Shown here: positions 38,970 to 52,530 of the stretch, piece by piece | How positions within the stretch are numbered: position 1 is the first letter of the stretch | Layout of the letters: every line of letters begins with the position of its first letter | Assembly (NCBI GenBank): GCA_004022145.1 | Contig: RCNU01000002.1 | DNA from: Paecilomyces variotii | Lineage: Eukaryota | Reading direction: 5' to 3' (one strand) | Length of the DNA: 64,000 nt | Translations under genes and position numbers: made by a program | Notes under the pieces: generated by a model | The model's database searches: none | What the model was told of the DNA's origin: nothing | What the model saw: the letters and a program-made list of their open reading frames with translations, nothing else

Positions 38970-39855
38970 GGCGGGAACAAAGCGGACGTTGGAGGAATGA
39001 ACGTGGCCCAGATATAGCTCTCGATATCGCCAGGCAGGATGAGCAAAGAGTTGCAGCACGGAAAAGAGGGGTGAGGAGGAATGGAAGTTTGCTTTGGCTG
39101 ATCTGGACAGTGAAAGGTGAGCTTAGAGCTTTACTGTAACTCTCCGCCTTTGAGCTTTCAGAACATCGCAGGCAGCCCGGGTACGTCACGGTTGCCTGAT
39201 TGGTCACGCGGTCCGGGGATGTTCCGGCTTGTATTTATATTTATATTTATGATTATATTTACTGTATTACAAGTCAACTGGAGGTGATTTGCTACTATAA
39301 TGAATGATTCTGAATATATAACTACTCATATCTTCCTTATTCTTTCAAGAAAGGGCGATCTTGTAGACAAGAGTGGCTGAACCACGTGAGTGAGTTAACT
39401 CATTCACTGCCGGAGGATCCCTGTGTTTAGTTCAACAAAGACCACTTAAAGAACATTGATTGTTGTGCGTTATAAACTGGAGTAACAGCTTATAGATGAT
39501 ATAAATAGCCATGCTGGATTTCTAATTTGCAAATAGCTATCCTCCTTTGTCTTGTTTACCCCAGGGACTGTTTCATTGATAGCTACCTAGGTACCTAGTT
39601 TGTTACAAGCGGATTATCTAAGCCGCGAGCCCTCCTACCTTCAGTCAACGGTTGCAGACTGGGTTCCCTGGGCCTGATGCTGCAAACCGACCCAGATTCA
39701 CTGCCATAATCAATCAATCTATACACTGATCAAGTCTCCTCCCTTTCGTCGGAGAAGGAGATGACAAAACTGCTCTAACTTCTCACCTTCTGCCGCCTGT
39801 TGCTGCAAACCCTCCACTAGGTCCATCGGTGGCCTCAACAACATCTCCCCGCAAT

Positions 39856-40353
39856 ATGGCTTCTGACGACAACGGCAGCTCGCGCGTCGAGCTCTACGAG
39901 TCAGGCCTGACCGTTCCATCGGATTCTGAGAACTACTCTGCAAACCACGAATTGTCATCTTCTCCTCCTTCGACATCGAGCTCGCCTCTGATCCTATACA
40001 AGCCCCCCACGCTCTGGAGCATCCTGCGCGGGGCGGCCATCAACCTCGTTCTGCCCTTTGTCAACGGACTGATGCTGGGCTTTGGAGAACTATTTGCACA
40101 TGAAGCTGCTTTCCGCCTGGGCTGGTCGGGTACTAAGGTGCGTCTACGATTCAGTCGATAATTATCTTCGTCTAGAGATTCCTACCTGTGCCTCGCCGGT
40201 CTTGCTCGAGCCTTACTGATTCGCTTTCTCCAGATCTTCCCCACCTACCGACGCTCAAGACCTGTTGGTCCCGGAATCGAAGCGCGAGAGATCCCGACGA
40301 GCAGGAGACGCGGTAATGCCGTGAACCTTGAGGACGCGATGTCTCTGGAGTGA
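39856..40353 (+). CDS. MIM1: Mitochondrial outer-membrane insertase Mim1/Tom13
   Basis: AAINLVLPFVNGLMLGFGELFAHE; intron ~40138-40233. Confidence 0.92.
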
Positions 40354-40836
40354 ATTTCCCGGATGGAACTGGGGCTTGGCTGGAAAGCCACCAACCCCCC
40401 AGAAAGAGTAAGGATGATGCGCACTATATGACTATCTCTTAATGTGGCCATTATCGTTTTTGTACATAGATACAGAGGACATCAGTACAGGCCCCGACTG
40501 GATGGCGTCTAAGGAGTGTTTTGTTTTCAGTGTACTACAACCTGATCCAGGGCTTGTCGGATTAAATGCACCTCTGCACTAAATATCATGTAGCGCACAA
40601 TGGGACTTGATACAGATTTCTTTTCTGCCATTACCAGGAAGACTAGTTAACTAATAGCGCACATGTATCCTGCTTGTTTGTAGACTGCATAATTAACCGG
40701 CTGCGATGGATGGCATTCCGGCCGCCCGGCAGAAAGTTCTTGGCGCAAAAAGTGTAGCGACACCGCGGAGACTACAGTATTCATCTGGACCTCAACCCAT
40801 CTGTTGCCCGGAATTGCTCCGCCATCGTACTTCAAA

Positions 40837-42522
40837 ATGCTGGGCGGAACAGGCTTGAGAGGTCCTGGCGCTGTTGCTGGCCTTGCCAGGCAGAGATTGA
40901 CTACGTCTGCATCTCCCAGTCGATCAGTTTGTCTTCCATTCATTCTCCGCGTCCCAGCTCCGATGCTGACTTTCATGGCTAGATCTCCTCTTTTGCCGGC
41001 CGCGTCCCACGAGTGTCTGCACGCTTGGGAAAGGCAAATGCCATTCTCGCGTCTAGCTCTCCGTCGAGGGCCACAGCCTTGCCAGCATTTCGAACAATTT
41101 CCGCTCGTTTCAACTCTACCTCTTCGGCCGCGCCGGCAGCTGCCGCGACAACTGCGAATAGTGCTGCTGCTGATGGCACAGGTGCGCTGGATGCGGTCGA
41201 TGTTACCGATCTATCTGCTACAGATATCACACAGATCCCCGAGCATGTGGGATATCTGAAGGACATCGGGCTGGACTATGGATGGGGTCCGTCGGCCTTT
41301 ATCGAATATGTCCTTGAGCATATTCACATCTACACCGGCTTGCCATGGTGGGCAAGCATTGCGGCAACGGGTCTATTAGTCCGTGCTGCTCTTTTCAAGC
41401 CTACGATGTCCGCATCAGATACCTCGGCCAAGATCTCGAACCTCAAGCCGATCTCCACGCCTCTTCGGGCCAAGATGATGTACTATGCGCGCGAAGGTAA
41501 TAACCAGGAAATGCTGAAGGCCAGAGCAGAGTTGCAGGAACTTCATGACCTCCATGGAGTCAAGTCGTGGAAGGCTTTTGTGCCTATGCTACAGATTCCT
41601 ATCGGATACGGTTGCTTCAGAGTCGTGAGAGGAATGGCCGCTCTGCCGGTGCCCGCCCTCGCTATGGAGCAGATTGGATGGTTGAAGGATCTGACTGTCT
41701 CTGATCCTTACTTCATCCTTCCTACCTTCGCGGCTGGATGTCTGTTTTTGACCTTCCGGGTACGTATTGATGTCCCATGTATGTGTATGTGTATGTGAAT
41801 ACGAAGACACTAACAACCTACAACAGAAAGGTGGTGAGAACGGAATGAACGAATTCACCAGGACGACCATGGGCAAGGCTATCCTTTACGGTCTTCCCGC
41901 TATTTCGTTTGTCTTCATGGCCTTCTGGCCGAGTGCCCTTCAGATCTATTTCTGCACGACTGGTGCCTTTGCTCTGTGCCAGGCGTATCTTCTCAACTCC
42001 CCCAGCTTCCGTAGAAGATTTGGCCTGGAGATTCCCATCCCCGCGCTGCAAACATCCGCGGGACCTTCGCAGGCGGGCGGAGACAACACCCCCAGCAGGG
42101 GCCTTCGCCTGATCTATGATGCGATCGAGGCGGAAAAGGCCAAGGCAGCCAAGGCTATGGAAGAGAAGCCCGCAGCTAATGTAAGCATCATCGACCGTGC
42201 CATTAACTCCGTCAAAGAAGGCTCCAATAAGTTCAGGAGCGAGATGCAAGAAAAGATGAACGAGCTTAGCGGCCAGGGACCGGTAACAAATGCTCACGGT
42301 ACGCCTGCAGCGCCGCCGAGACTAAGTGAGAAGGACCTGAAGATGGCAGAGGACTATGACAAGAGACGGAGAGAAGAAGAGGAATGGAAGCGAGAGGAGA
42401 GAAACCACGCTCGGAGAGAAGCACACCTCCGAGCTTTGGAAGCCGAGAGAGAGAAGGCCAGACGATCCTGGCTCAAGCAGAGCCAGCAATCCGCAGCCAA
42501 AGCCAAGGCCAAGCAAAGGTGA
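40837..42522 (+). CDS. OXA1: Mitochondrial inner-membrane insertase Oxa1
   Basis: GYLKDIGLDYGWGP, HIYTGLPWWASI, LQIP and WLKDLTVSDPYFILP; basic coiled-coil tail. Confidence 0.93.
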
Positions 42523-43150
42523 AAAGAAGAAAAAAACAAATAAACCTTCTGTGGATCTGCATTCTCTCGTTCTGGTTGAAACAAAGGAAACTATTTGGTT
42601 TTCTCTTGCCGGAGTTTTCGCTGTTGACGGCAAATATGTATTCATGGGAGCTTTCCTTTTTTTTTTCGCACCGTTGGCAGAGGTTATCCCCGCTATCATC
42701 CTTGTAAATTATGCTGCTATGTACCATTGTAGACTTCATCTTCAAGAATCCTATATAAGAAACAAAGAACGCAATTCTTGATCTTGTCGGAGACCAGAAA
42801 TCTATGCCCCCTTTTTCCAAATCATAGTCTTCTCGGGAGTTCTTCTATACCTGTAAATGTGAAGGGAAGAAATAATCCTATATGTATATAAAAAAAAGAT
42901 CACATTTCCCAATCCAGCACGGGATAGAAAGAGAGAAAATAAGTCCTAGACTCCAAAATCTACACGAGAAAAATATCATCATAATTCCAGAAAGGAAAAG
43001 AAAAAAACCACCGGAGAGCGCCTCCCGCTCAGATGGAGCCAGTTCCATTAATATCAAATCATAAAAAAAAAAAAAAAAAAAAGACAAGAAACGAACAAAA
43101 TACCCCCGGAGCCCACCGCGATCTCACCACCCCCCCACCCCCCAACTCCC

Positions 43151-44271
43151 TCAGGGATCGAGGTGGAACACCCTCACGCCACCACCACCACTACTGCTGG
43201 TAGAAGAAGTGGAAGAAGAAGCGGAGGGGTCCTCCTCGTCATCAGACGGAGCGAAATCGTCTAGTAACCGGTCGACCACGTGCTTGATCTGGCCATATAC
43301 TTCCTCGATCGTATCCTCGGCTTTCACCTAGATGAATCCCAATCAAATCAGCTCTGATTCACCTTCATACTATTAAACCCGGAGGGGAGATAGGGGATAG
43401 GAAACTCAAAAAGGAAGTCACATGAAGTTATTTGGACTACTAACCGTAGATACGATACCCTTGGCACCGAGGAACCGAATGACCTGCCTGCATTCACTCT
43501 TGAACCGAGCCAGGCGTTTGGTGAAGATCCGTTCGTGTTGGAGGAACAGCTCGGCTGCATCCTGGTCCAGGGGGATCCCCAGTAGATCTACGGACCGGAA
43601 ATACAATAGGTCCTGGGAGCACTCCAGGTGAATAACGTGGCGGACTCCGAGGGACTAGATCGAATAACAAAAGTAGGGTTAGATATCAGTAGTAACGTAT
43701 AGATATAGGAGTCACGTGGGTAGGGTTTAAGAGGGAGTAGTTTAAGTGAATTGAATGAATTAAGCTAACTTACCCGGGAGTAGTCAAGATATTGGTCGAT
43801 CGAACAGGGGAATCCATCAAGGAGGAACGTGCAATCGCCGTCCTCTACATGCCAGGTGATTTCGTCCTTGATAAGAGTCATGATCAGGCCGACTGGGGGG
43901 AGTTTGCCTTCTTCACGAGCGGATTTGACTGCTGCAACGGCGCCGGCTGGGCCGGTTTGTTCGAATCCGAGGAGCATAGCATCGACATCTAGATGAATGA
44001 GATCCAGCTCTGCAGCGAGACGAGCGCAGTGTGTGCTCTTTCCTGATCCGGGACCTCCTGGATAGTAGATTCTTTATTTTAGTATGTGGCCAGTTATATT
44101 TATAGTGGAGTATGCGAGGGCAGTATTGATGTAAGGAATCTTACCTATGACGAAGATGACTGTAGCATCATCCAAAGTCCGGCGGAGGGGGGGACTAGTA
44201 ATGACCATGGGATCTCCATCGTTGGTTCGGCGCACAGGCGGACTGGGAATCCAGATTCCTTCCATTGTCAT
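43151..44271 (-). CDS. Divergent adenylate/UMP-CMP kinase family protein, 4 exons
   Basis: VIFVIG|GPGSGKSTHCARLA..LIHL, FLLDGFP and final exon VKAEDTIEEVY. Confidence 0.7.
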
Positions 44272-44654
44272 TGTAAACGGATTTCCCTTTCGAGTAGATA
44301 TGCTCTATTTAGACCGTCGATGAAGAAAGTGTCTGAACGGGGTCCGTCGAGCAGCTGTAGGCCGGAGTAACAGCAGATCAAACACGAGGTTCTCGATGGT
44401 CTGGGTTCAGCAAGTACAGAACGCCGAAAAGTAGCAGACAGGAAAAGAAGAATACCAATCTGCAGACTGAAGATGCGGTTCTCGAGTTGTTCAGGACTGT
44501 CTGGAAGTAGAAGAAACGTGAAGATGTAGATGCGTATGCAAATGAGCCAGAGGAAGAAAGAATAAGTAAAGAAAGACCAGAAGCTGTGATACCCGAGTTG
44601 AAAGAGCGGTTTCTCTAGTCAGAATCTTTCCTGAAGAGGTGCCTTTTAGAATAT

Positions 44655-45220
44655 ATGAAGATCTGACCCGAGATCGAACGTCCCGATCCAGAAGTTGGAT
44701 ACCAAAGAGAGGTAACAAGGATAAAAGAGAGTAATCAAGATAGCTCGAGACAGACCCAAAACCCTTCTTGGAGCAGAAGTCTTAGGATCTCCCCGTTCAA
44801 AAGTCTTCTTCCAAGATATCAAGACCCAAATCGTCGAGCTCAAACGCTGAGATCGAGAAGTTAGTCGGGTATCAAAAAGAGGAACGAGAATGCAGAAAAG
44901 TAGCCAAGATAGCTGAAGACAGGTCCACCACCCTAGTAAGAGTAGAGATACCAAATCCTCTGTTCAATAGCTTTATCTGCAAGAGTGTTTCTCGGAGAAT
45001 GAAGAGGTCTGACTCGTCTCGAAGCTCAAACTGTCAGATCCAGGAGTAGATATCTTAAAGAACCAAGAATGAAACAGCAAGATAGCCAAGACAGCTCAAG
45101 ACAGCCACGCAACTCTACTCAGAGTATAGAATAACCATCGTTCTGTCTAGCAGCTCTCTCAGCCAAGGTGTTTGTCATGGGAAAGGAGATGTCCTGCTGT
45201 CTTTGTCGCAGCCGCGTGAG
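44655..45220. repeat. Degenerate tandem repeat, ~170-185 bp period, ~3 copies
   Basis: CAAGATAGCTCGAGACAG (44736), CAAGATAGCTGAAGACAG (44905), CAAGACAGCTCAAGACAG (45087); AGCTCAAAC at 44837 and 45023. Confidence 0.6.
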
Positions 45221-45721
45221 GATATATGACTCGCCGAGACCGACGACTAAGCAAGCACACGCAAAAGGGGTCACTTTTTTGCAAAATCAATGGCCCCATG
45301 ACAAGAATTCACTTCATAAGTGTTGCTGGACCTTTTGTTAGGAGTCAATGACATCGTTGCCTAGCTTGTGCTGAGACGAGCTGACTGAACTGGATTGATT
45401 ACTGAGCAGTACAGCGCAGGTTCGTGCTGTTTAGAACAATCTGGACTCTAGTTTTCTTTCCCATGATAATTCAAAACAAAAGGTGATTGATAGGTTTGGA
45501 TATTAACAAAGAATTGTTTCCCCGAAAGGGTAACAAACAGAAAGACAATTCAAACAAGAGCATAGTCCGGTAAGTGAACAACTATACTGTATGAGAGCGG
45601 TTCATGTCTCGATTCGGTGGCAGAAGTTGTCCCGGGGACAACTTCTGCCACCCTAATCGGCAGGATCTCCGTCTTAGAGCTGCAGAGCCCCTAGTACTAA
45701 CAGCAAAAGTCAATTCTCGCT

Positions 45722-46227
45722 ATGATGGACGACGTCAACAAGACCGAGCTCGTCGTTGCCGGGATCATAGGCGTGGTTGCCCTCACTGCCGGTAGAGCCA
45801 TCTTCTCGAATATCAATCAAGCTCCCCGCAGTATTCAAGAGCAAAGAGCATCGCAGCAATCGGGAGAAACTTCGAGTCAGAAGTCCACGAAAAGCAATAA
45901 TGGGTGAAAGCTCCGTATGTAGTAAATCCCAAGCAGCATGGGACAATCTGTCCTGATAGCAAAATACAAGTACTGATCGCATCACACTTTTAGGAAAGGA
46001 CGACGACACAAAAGAAAAAGAACCAATGATAAATGCCAGTATGGTCTCTGACGATGCTAGCAAGAAGGCTCATAATCCGAAAGACGGATCTCGAAATCCA
46101 TGGAGTAAGTCAAGCCGGTCATAAAGCTTGAACAGGAGAACATGCTGATCTAGTGACAAGCTCCTGGAAGGATCTGAAGCCCTGTAATGACAAGATACCA
46201 AAAGGAATCAGAAGGCTGCAGGCATAA
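45722..46227 (+). pseudogene. Small spliced orphan gene or pseudogene with an N-terminal hydrophobic helix and an in-frame TGA (45905)
   Basis: MMDDV..LVVAGIIGVVALTAG; GT-AG introns ~45570-45709, 45915-45993 and ~46105-46154 keep frame apart from the TGA. Confidence 0.3.
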
Positions 46228-47647
46228 CGAACAACATATCGTAAACATGATAATCAAACCTCACTCTTCGTCGAGTATACTATATCCAGATCTACCAAAA
46301 TGCCCGGAACCGGCCTTCTGATAACAGGCTTTCGGGAATCGGCAGGATTGAAATGCTATTTTACGGAATCAGCCACCACCGTTTCTCATAGGCGAGAGCC
46401 CCGTAATACTGCTAAAAACAAATCTCCGAGAGGACGCCACGAGCTCAGTGCAAAATGAGGCTTCGTCGAGCGTTAAAATTAATGCATGGGGTAAATTAGT
46501 AATAAATCCGCCCCCGGGTCCCCAGGTCATATTCGCGGATCACCGTATGGTACTGATCCTACCTAACTTGTATGTGATCGTCATAACTTGACTGCATTTC
46601 CTCGCTGTTTCCAGCAATCCAGCCCTCTAGATACACTCCAGACAATATGGAATCACAGCAGCTCTCACCGTAGTGTGAATTCATCTTCCCTAGCGATATT
46701 TATAAAAAGAAAACAGCCCCCTATGTAGGAAATTCTTGGCACTGTATCATTTCGGCGAGCCAAGAGTCTTGGAAGTAACAAGTAACTAACTAGTCAACCA
46801 CTCGTAGAAATGTGGCTTGAGGGGGAAAAGGGACTGGAAATATGGTCCTCCTCGTGAAAGTTGTCCAGTAGCAAGATAAGATCCAGGGGTTATTAGCAAA
46901 TCATACTGAATGTTCAATTCTAGATCGTATGTTAGCCTAAGCCACAACATTATTATTGGAGGAATGTGGAATTCCGCAAAGTAGCGGCCCCAGCGTATGT
47001 TCCACCCAAAATATGATACAGCATTCAATAATAAATTATGCTCACTGTTTGCGGATTTCACCGGAGCTTTGTGCTATGTATTATTATTGATGGGGATTCT
47101 CACATGCATGTCTCAGTCAGGATTGCTATATAGGACTCTCCTCTGGATATGGAATTCCTTGTATATTGACTAATTAGTTAAGACATGCTACGAAATTGCA
47201 GTCTCTATACTTGTCTGAATTGTCTCCATCTATGGTAACTGTACAGATAAGAGAAGACAACGTAGACTCCGCATCTTCTCTAGAGGAAAAGAAAAAGAAA
47301 TTTAGGAAATGGTAAAATATTTGTGAACCATCACTTGAACTCCTGAACACGATGCGGAGGGCCCGGAAGGCTGAGCAATTAAGAAAAAAGAAAAAGAGAA
47401 ATTGGTATTTTGTCCCAAAAAAAGACAAGTGATAATAGGAAATGCTTCGGTTCTGTCCGCACAATGCAATTATATCGGATAACGATTGGTTAGATCACGA
47501 CACTCGCTGACTGGCCAGCCAGAATCAGAGCGTGTTCATAGATCTGTAAATGGACAGACACATAGTCGTCTTGACCAGGAAAGTGATACTTGCTGATGCA
47601 AGGAATCAAGAAGAGACGGCGGGCTGTGGTTATCGAAGGGAATGACA

Positions 47648-49191
47648 TCAAGCCGTAGGCATCGGTAACGACGTTAGCGGCATGGGAGGATGAGGCTTCT
47701 CGTCCTCCTCGAACATTAAATTCTCGAGCTTCTGTGTCATTCTTGCACAGAACGGGTCGACATAGTTCGTCCACAGGCTGGCACAGATGTAGACAAGCAC
47801 GATCCAGCAGGGGATACTGATGGCAACCACCCACGGAGGCCGGATGTGGAGCCATGGTGGCGGAATAACATTACCATCCGCATCGACGGTTTCCTCCCAG
47901 GGCTGCCCAGTGATTCCGTAAAGCATCCAGACTAGGGGCACCCGGAGCAGGGTACCGTGGACGAGATACACAGCGAAACTCTGCTTTCCAAGCCAGAGTA
48001 GCAATCGACTCGACAAGAACTCCTTCACTCCTGGAGAAATGAAAATGGCGAAGATGATGCAGTCGGCAGCGATAGCGGTATATCGCTTTCCGATATTGAC
48101 TTCTGGCGGGAAGATGTAGTTCGAGAGCCACAGCATGGCATTCGACCAGCCGGACCACTCAGGATGTTCTCCGGGGTATCCAGCAACGAAGAGACCAAAT
48201 GCACATACTGATGCGGCAACGATCTTTCGGAGCCAGCTGTGCGTGTCAACGAATTCCTTGAAGTTCAGATCATAGGACAAATCACAAAGGAGCATTCCGT
48301 ACACAGCCTGCGTCTGGAAGGTCTCTGTGGGAAAAAGGTTAGCGACTAGATACACCGTGCCACGAAACGAACAGGCAACATACCAACATCCTTTCCTGCG
48401 TCCTGGTGGAAGTAAAGGAGCATGCCGACGTAGACCATAAAACGATAGCGGAACTTCAGATACATGGTGGCGAACAGCAGGATATAGACCAACATCGAAG
48501 CCTTCAGAAGAGGCAGGAGAGCCCACTGGTGGTCATCGTAGGCCATGTATCCCGTCGTCCAGGTGCTCAGGAAGTTCTTGAACAGCCGGATCACCTCCTT
48601 ATAGAAGGAATCCTCCAGGTCCGGGGCCGCATAACGACACCACCAGCAGTCAGATCGGTTGGCCACCGTGAAGCCTCCGCACTGAGCGATCACCCACGAA
48701 ATCACCATGGCGATGGTGGCCGGGAAGATCAAACGAGGCGGACGGCGGAAGGCACTCTTGGCGATGGTCGTAAAGGCGGACTGGGTGTTTCCCGCTCGGG
48801 AGAGCTTCAGCGGCTTCAACGCACACACATAGCCGGTGAGAAAGGCGAAGATGGTGACGCCAATACGGCCTTGCCACGGGATTCGGAATACAGGCCACTG
48901 AAGCAGCCGCGGAGCTGCATCTGGTGTGTCGCGCGGCGAAAACAGATCATAGTCCCATGCTCGTGCCAAATGGGTGAGGACTACCATAAACGATGCGATT
49001 CCTCGGAGACCCTATGAGAGTCATGTCAGTCTCTTGATGGTCGTGGACAGCTGGAGAATTAGACATACATCAACCCATTTAACGGTCTTCTTGGGATCTC
49101 CCTTCACTGAGGGGTCTCCGCCGGACCATGGGAGCGCCGCGGGGATGGTCTCCCGCAGTCGCTCGTAGATATACGAAGGATTGTAAGACAT
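47648..49191 (-). CDS. Acyltransferase family 3 (OafA-like) membrane protein
   Basis: KWVD|GLRGIASFMVVLTH, FRRPPRL, YDDHQWAL and LGKQSFAVYLVHG; two introns. Confidence 0.88.
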
Positions 49192-51378
49192 AGTACCGTA
49201 TGAGACGCTAAACTCGAGAGAACCCAATCGACATATCCAACAAAAAGAGGCAGAAGGTCCCTACCCGGAAGGTTGCTGTAGCTGGGGCGGATGCTTTTAA
49301 TAGATCAAAAGAATGACGAGGAAACGATAGATAGACCGGGGAAATGCAACCAGGTTTAAGCGTATTGTCTGTTAGCAGCCGCGTGAGCAGGTAGAAAAGG
49401 GATCTAAGGCGAGAACGGGCAGCATACTGATTAATTTGGAGAAGGGGGGCAAAAGCTCCATGTCCCAGCCAAGAAGCCGGCCAAGCCAGCCAAGAAGACA
49501 AGCCCATGTATGAGCCTATTCCGAGGATCGATTGCGCCATATCCGGAAGTACCATGACCACTCGTTGACTCCATCCAGCGGTCGATCTGGTACCATCCCT
49601 TCCATACTCGGTTGTGAACCACTCAGAGTACGTCAGTGTCGCGGCTGCGAGCCGTCGCCGGGAACAGTTGTTGGTGAATGACTGGTAATGATCATTGTTA
49701 GCTATCCTGTGCAGTCTTTTGCTTCCTGTTCCTGGCCTGTACCATACGGAAGGAGAGTAGGTATCCGCCGTCGGCCCATGCCAGAGCCCGTTTAGGGAAT
49801 GGGGAATACTCAAGAGGGAATAGAATAATATTTAATATTATTATCGAGAGCCCTTGCGGTGAGACAGCGTGACGGTTCAGCTCTGGGCAGTTCCACCGGT
49901 TCAGTCCCTTGTGGTGCCGGATTTGGCGTTGGATCTTCTTAACTCGCTCGTGGCCGGAACTAAACATGGCCCACGATCCACCAGTCCCTGGGCCGTCTTC
50001 TGAACTTGTCGCCGTTCTCAGTCGTGTGCCCCTTGGATCTGCCGCTAAGAAAACTCGTTAAGGTTAAGTCTGTTCTCCAGTATCGAACTTATTAAGCAGA
50101 GGTTGACAGCTAGTTAGTTAACTAGGGACTATCCAGTAGCCTCGGTTCATACGCAACAACAGCATTCATTATTTAACAGCATTGTCTTCCATACTTCTGG
50201 TCTCGAACCACGGATCACATTCGAGTCGGCGCGGTATGTGGCCAGTGGCTGTCAACTTTGCAAGCGGCCCTCGACAGAGATAAGGAGAAGAATTCAATCA
50301 GAACAATCACAATGCCGGGATCAGTTCGTGACCAGGTCTGGCCCAGAACGTGGATTAACTACTATCGACTCTGGGTTGTCGCGAGAATGTAAGACGCGTC
50401 ACCTGCTTCCACCGTCTCCGTACGATGATAACATTGCGACGAGACAAGGCTGTAACTGCATCTTGCTCTAGCTAGCTAGTCGATGCGCCCAGCGGTTCTC
50501 CAGGCTCCTTGCGGCGTAGATGAGTACGCAACGGGGAGAGAGCGCGCCGCAAGAGACCATTTGCAACCCCCATCACGCCATAAGGAGGACGCGTCTCATG
50601 GCAAAGTACTACCAAGAATCAGGATACGCTCTGGAATGAATGATATGGAACAAAACATTCGTCTTGGAATCAATCAGCCCATTAATCCACTAGCAGATCG
50701 ACACTGGAATTCATCAAGATAAAGATGATTAATGATTAATCACTCGACGGAAAGATAGTTAACTACTTAATTACATAGTTAGTCAACTGGATGATTGAAA
50801 TGGACTCCTTCAGATCGATTAAACTATGCCTGTCATACTCGGGTTATAAACAATTTTTCAGCATTGACCAGGCAGCGACAGAGCATCGGGATTCTGCTAT
50901 TCTCTTCGATAATCATTCGATAAGTATTATCCAGGGCGAGATATTCGCTATCTATCGAGATTCTAAGTACTACTGCAACCCCAGAAAGTAACAAGTACCT
51001 ATCAACTGATACGCGCTAACTATCCACTAGCCTGCTGGATTGTGAAGCGCAACTATAGAATAATACAATTATACTCCATCTATAGATCTATTTATTAGTC
51101 TAGTCCAGTTCCCCAGACAAGTTTACTCTACTGAGAAAGTAGCGTTTGAACTCGATACTCGATTCGTCATCAGGGGTTCTTAGCTGACCGCGCTGCGACC
51201 CTTTTCGACTTTTCTCGTGGCCCAAAACAACAAAGCACAATCTAACTAGACTGGTTCGGAACGCTTGCGACACTGATAATCCGAATAGGTATCCCATCTC
51301 TCCTTGAACTGAACTAAACAAGGCTCTAACATCTGTCGGCTGCGGCAGCTCACGGTATCAGATTTGGTTTGATCTATA

Positions 51379-51791
51379 CGGAGAAGTGCATCAAAATTGA
51401 CTGCCAACGCTAGTAATCATGCTAGTATGCAAATTACACCCCTATCCCCGAGGAAACACCAGGTCTCGCCCTCTTTAAATAAGGATATTGCTTCTGTTAT
51501 TGAATAAATATATAATTTATCGCTTCGGAATATCTTTGTACTTATAATAATCTTGATATAATATATTATTAAGCCGAAAAAGAAAAAGAAATATAGGAAG
51601 AATGTGATAAATTAAGGGGGCTATTTTAGTATACAAAAGCTTTTACAAATTTAGTCCTTTATCCTTAAGTAGTTTAGATAAATAAAACAATTTCCTAAAA
51701 TATCTCTAGAATCAAAATACGTAATTAGTAATACAATGGTATTTATCCTGTTATTACTAGCGTTGGCAGTCAATTCTGATGCACTTCTCCG
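51379..51791. mobile_element. Non-autonomous Tc1/mariner-type element (MITE), 413 bp, 39-bp TIRs, TA target duplication
   Basis: Left CGGAGAAGTGCATCAAAATTGACTGCCAACGCTAGTAAT (51379-51417) matches the reverse complement of 51753-51791 with one mismatch; TA at 51377-78 and 51792-93; AT-rich interior. Confidence 0.92.
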
Positions 51792-52530
51792 TACTTACCT
51801 TAAACTGCCACTAGGAGAACTCTAGACTTGGCAACTCCAGACTTTGCATAATAATGGAAGCAGTCGTTTGAAAGCCTAGTTGGGACAGAAGAAACGTGAA
51901 TATGGATTGCATCCTCCTGCACGCATCTCTGAATGGAATAGAGTGCCAAGGGATTCATCTCGATTGCAGATCTGGGCTCGTGTGTGGGACTGTCAATGAC
52001 AGTCTCAATCCTACGCTGGCTAAGTAGTCTAGTTGAATATCCCCTGGCAATGTTGTAAGAGCTGGATCCAGTTCAAACTGCAGCATCTAATCGCAACGGA
52101 ATCAATACCAGTATCATCACGTTCAGGCATCAACTGGAGAATGAACGATCATTATCCATCCCCCATGGCCCACTGCTGTTTGGCGACAATAGCCTTTGCC
52201 GTACATAGTTAACTTAACAACCACGACAGAGTCCCTGAGAGTGGTAGCTCCAGTCTTGCAATGATGTGATATAGTGGTAAACTGTCATTCATTCTTTCAT
52301 TAACCCTATTCCGAATAGCCAACATTATTATATCTAGTCCAGTAAAGAAATAAGAATTCCCGTCCTGAACCTGCGACTAGAAATATGCTCCGTAGTAATG
52401 TACATGGTATCATAGAAAAAAAAAACTAGAAAGTCAATGGATAATGTGCCCTCTCAAGATCAATCCCAGGATGCAACTTTTGTGGACATGAAGAACTTTT
52501 TTCTTTTCACCTGAATGTGATCTTAAAGCC

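Noticed and set aside
47355-47380. GAGGGCCCGGAAGGCTGAGCA resembling SRP RNA helix 8
   Set aside because: Spacing is imperfect and the A-rich flanks cannot form the rest of the SRP structure.
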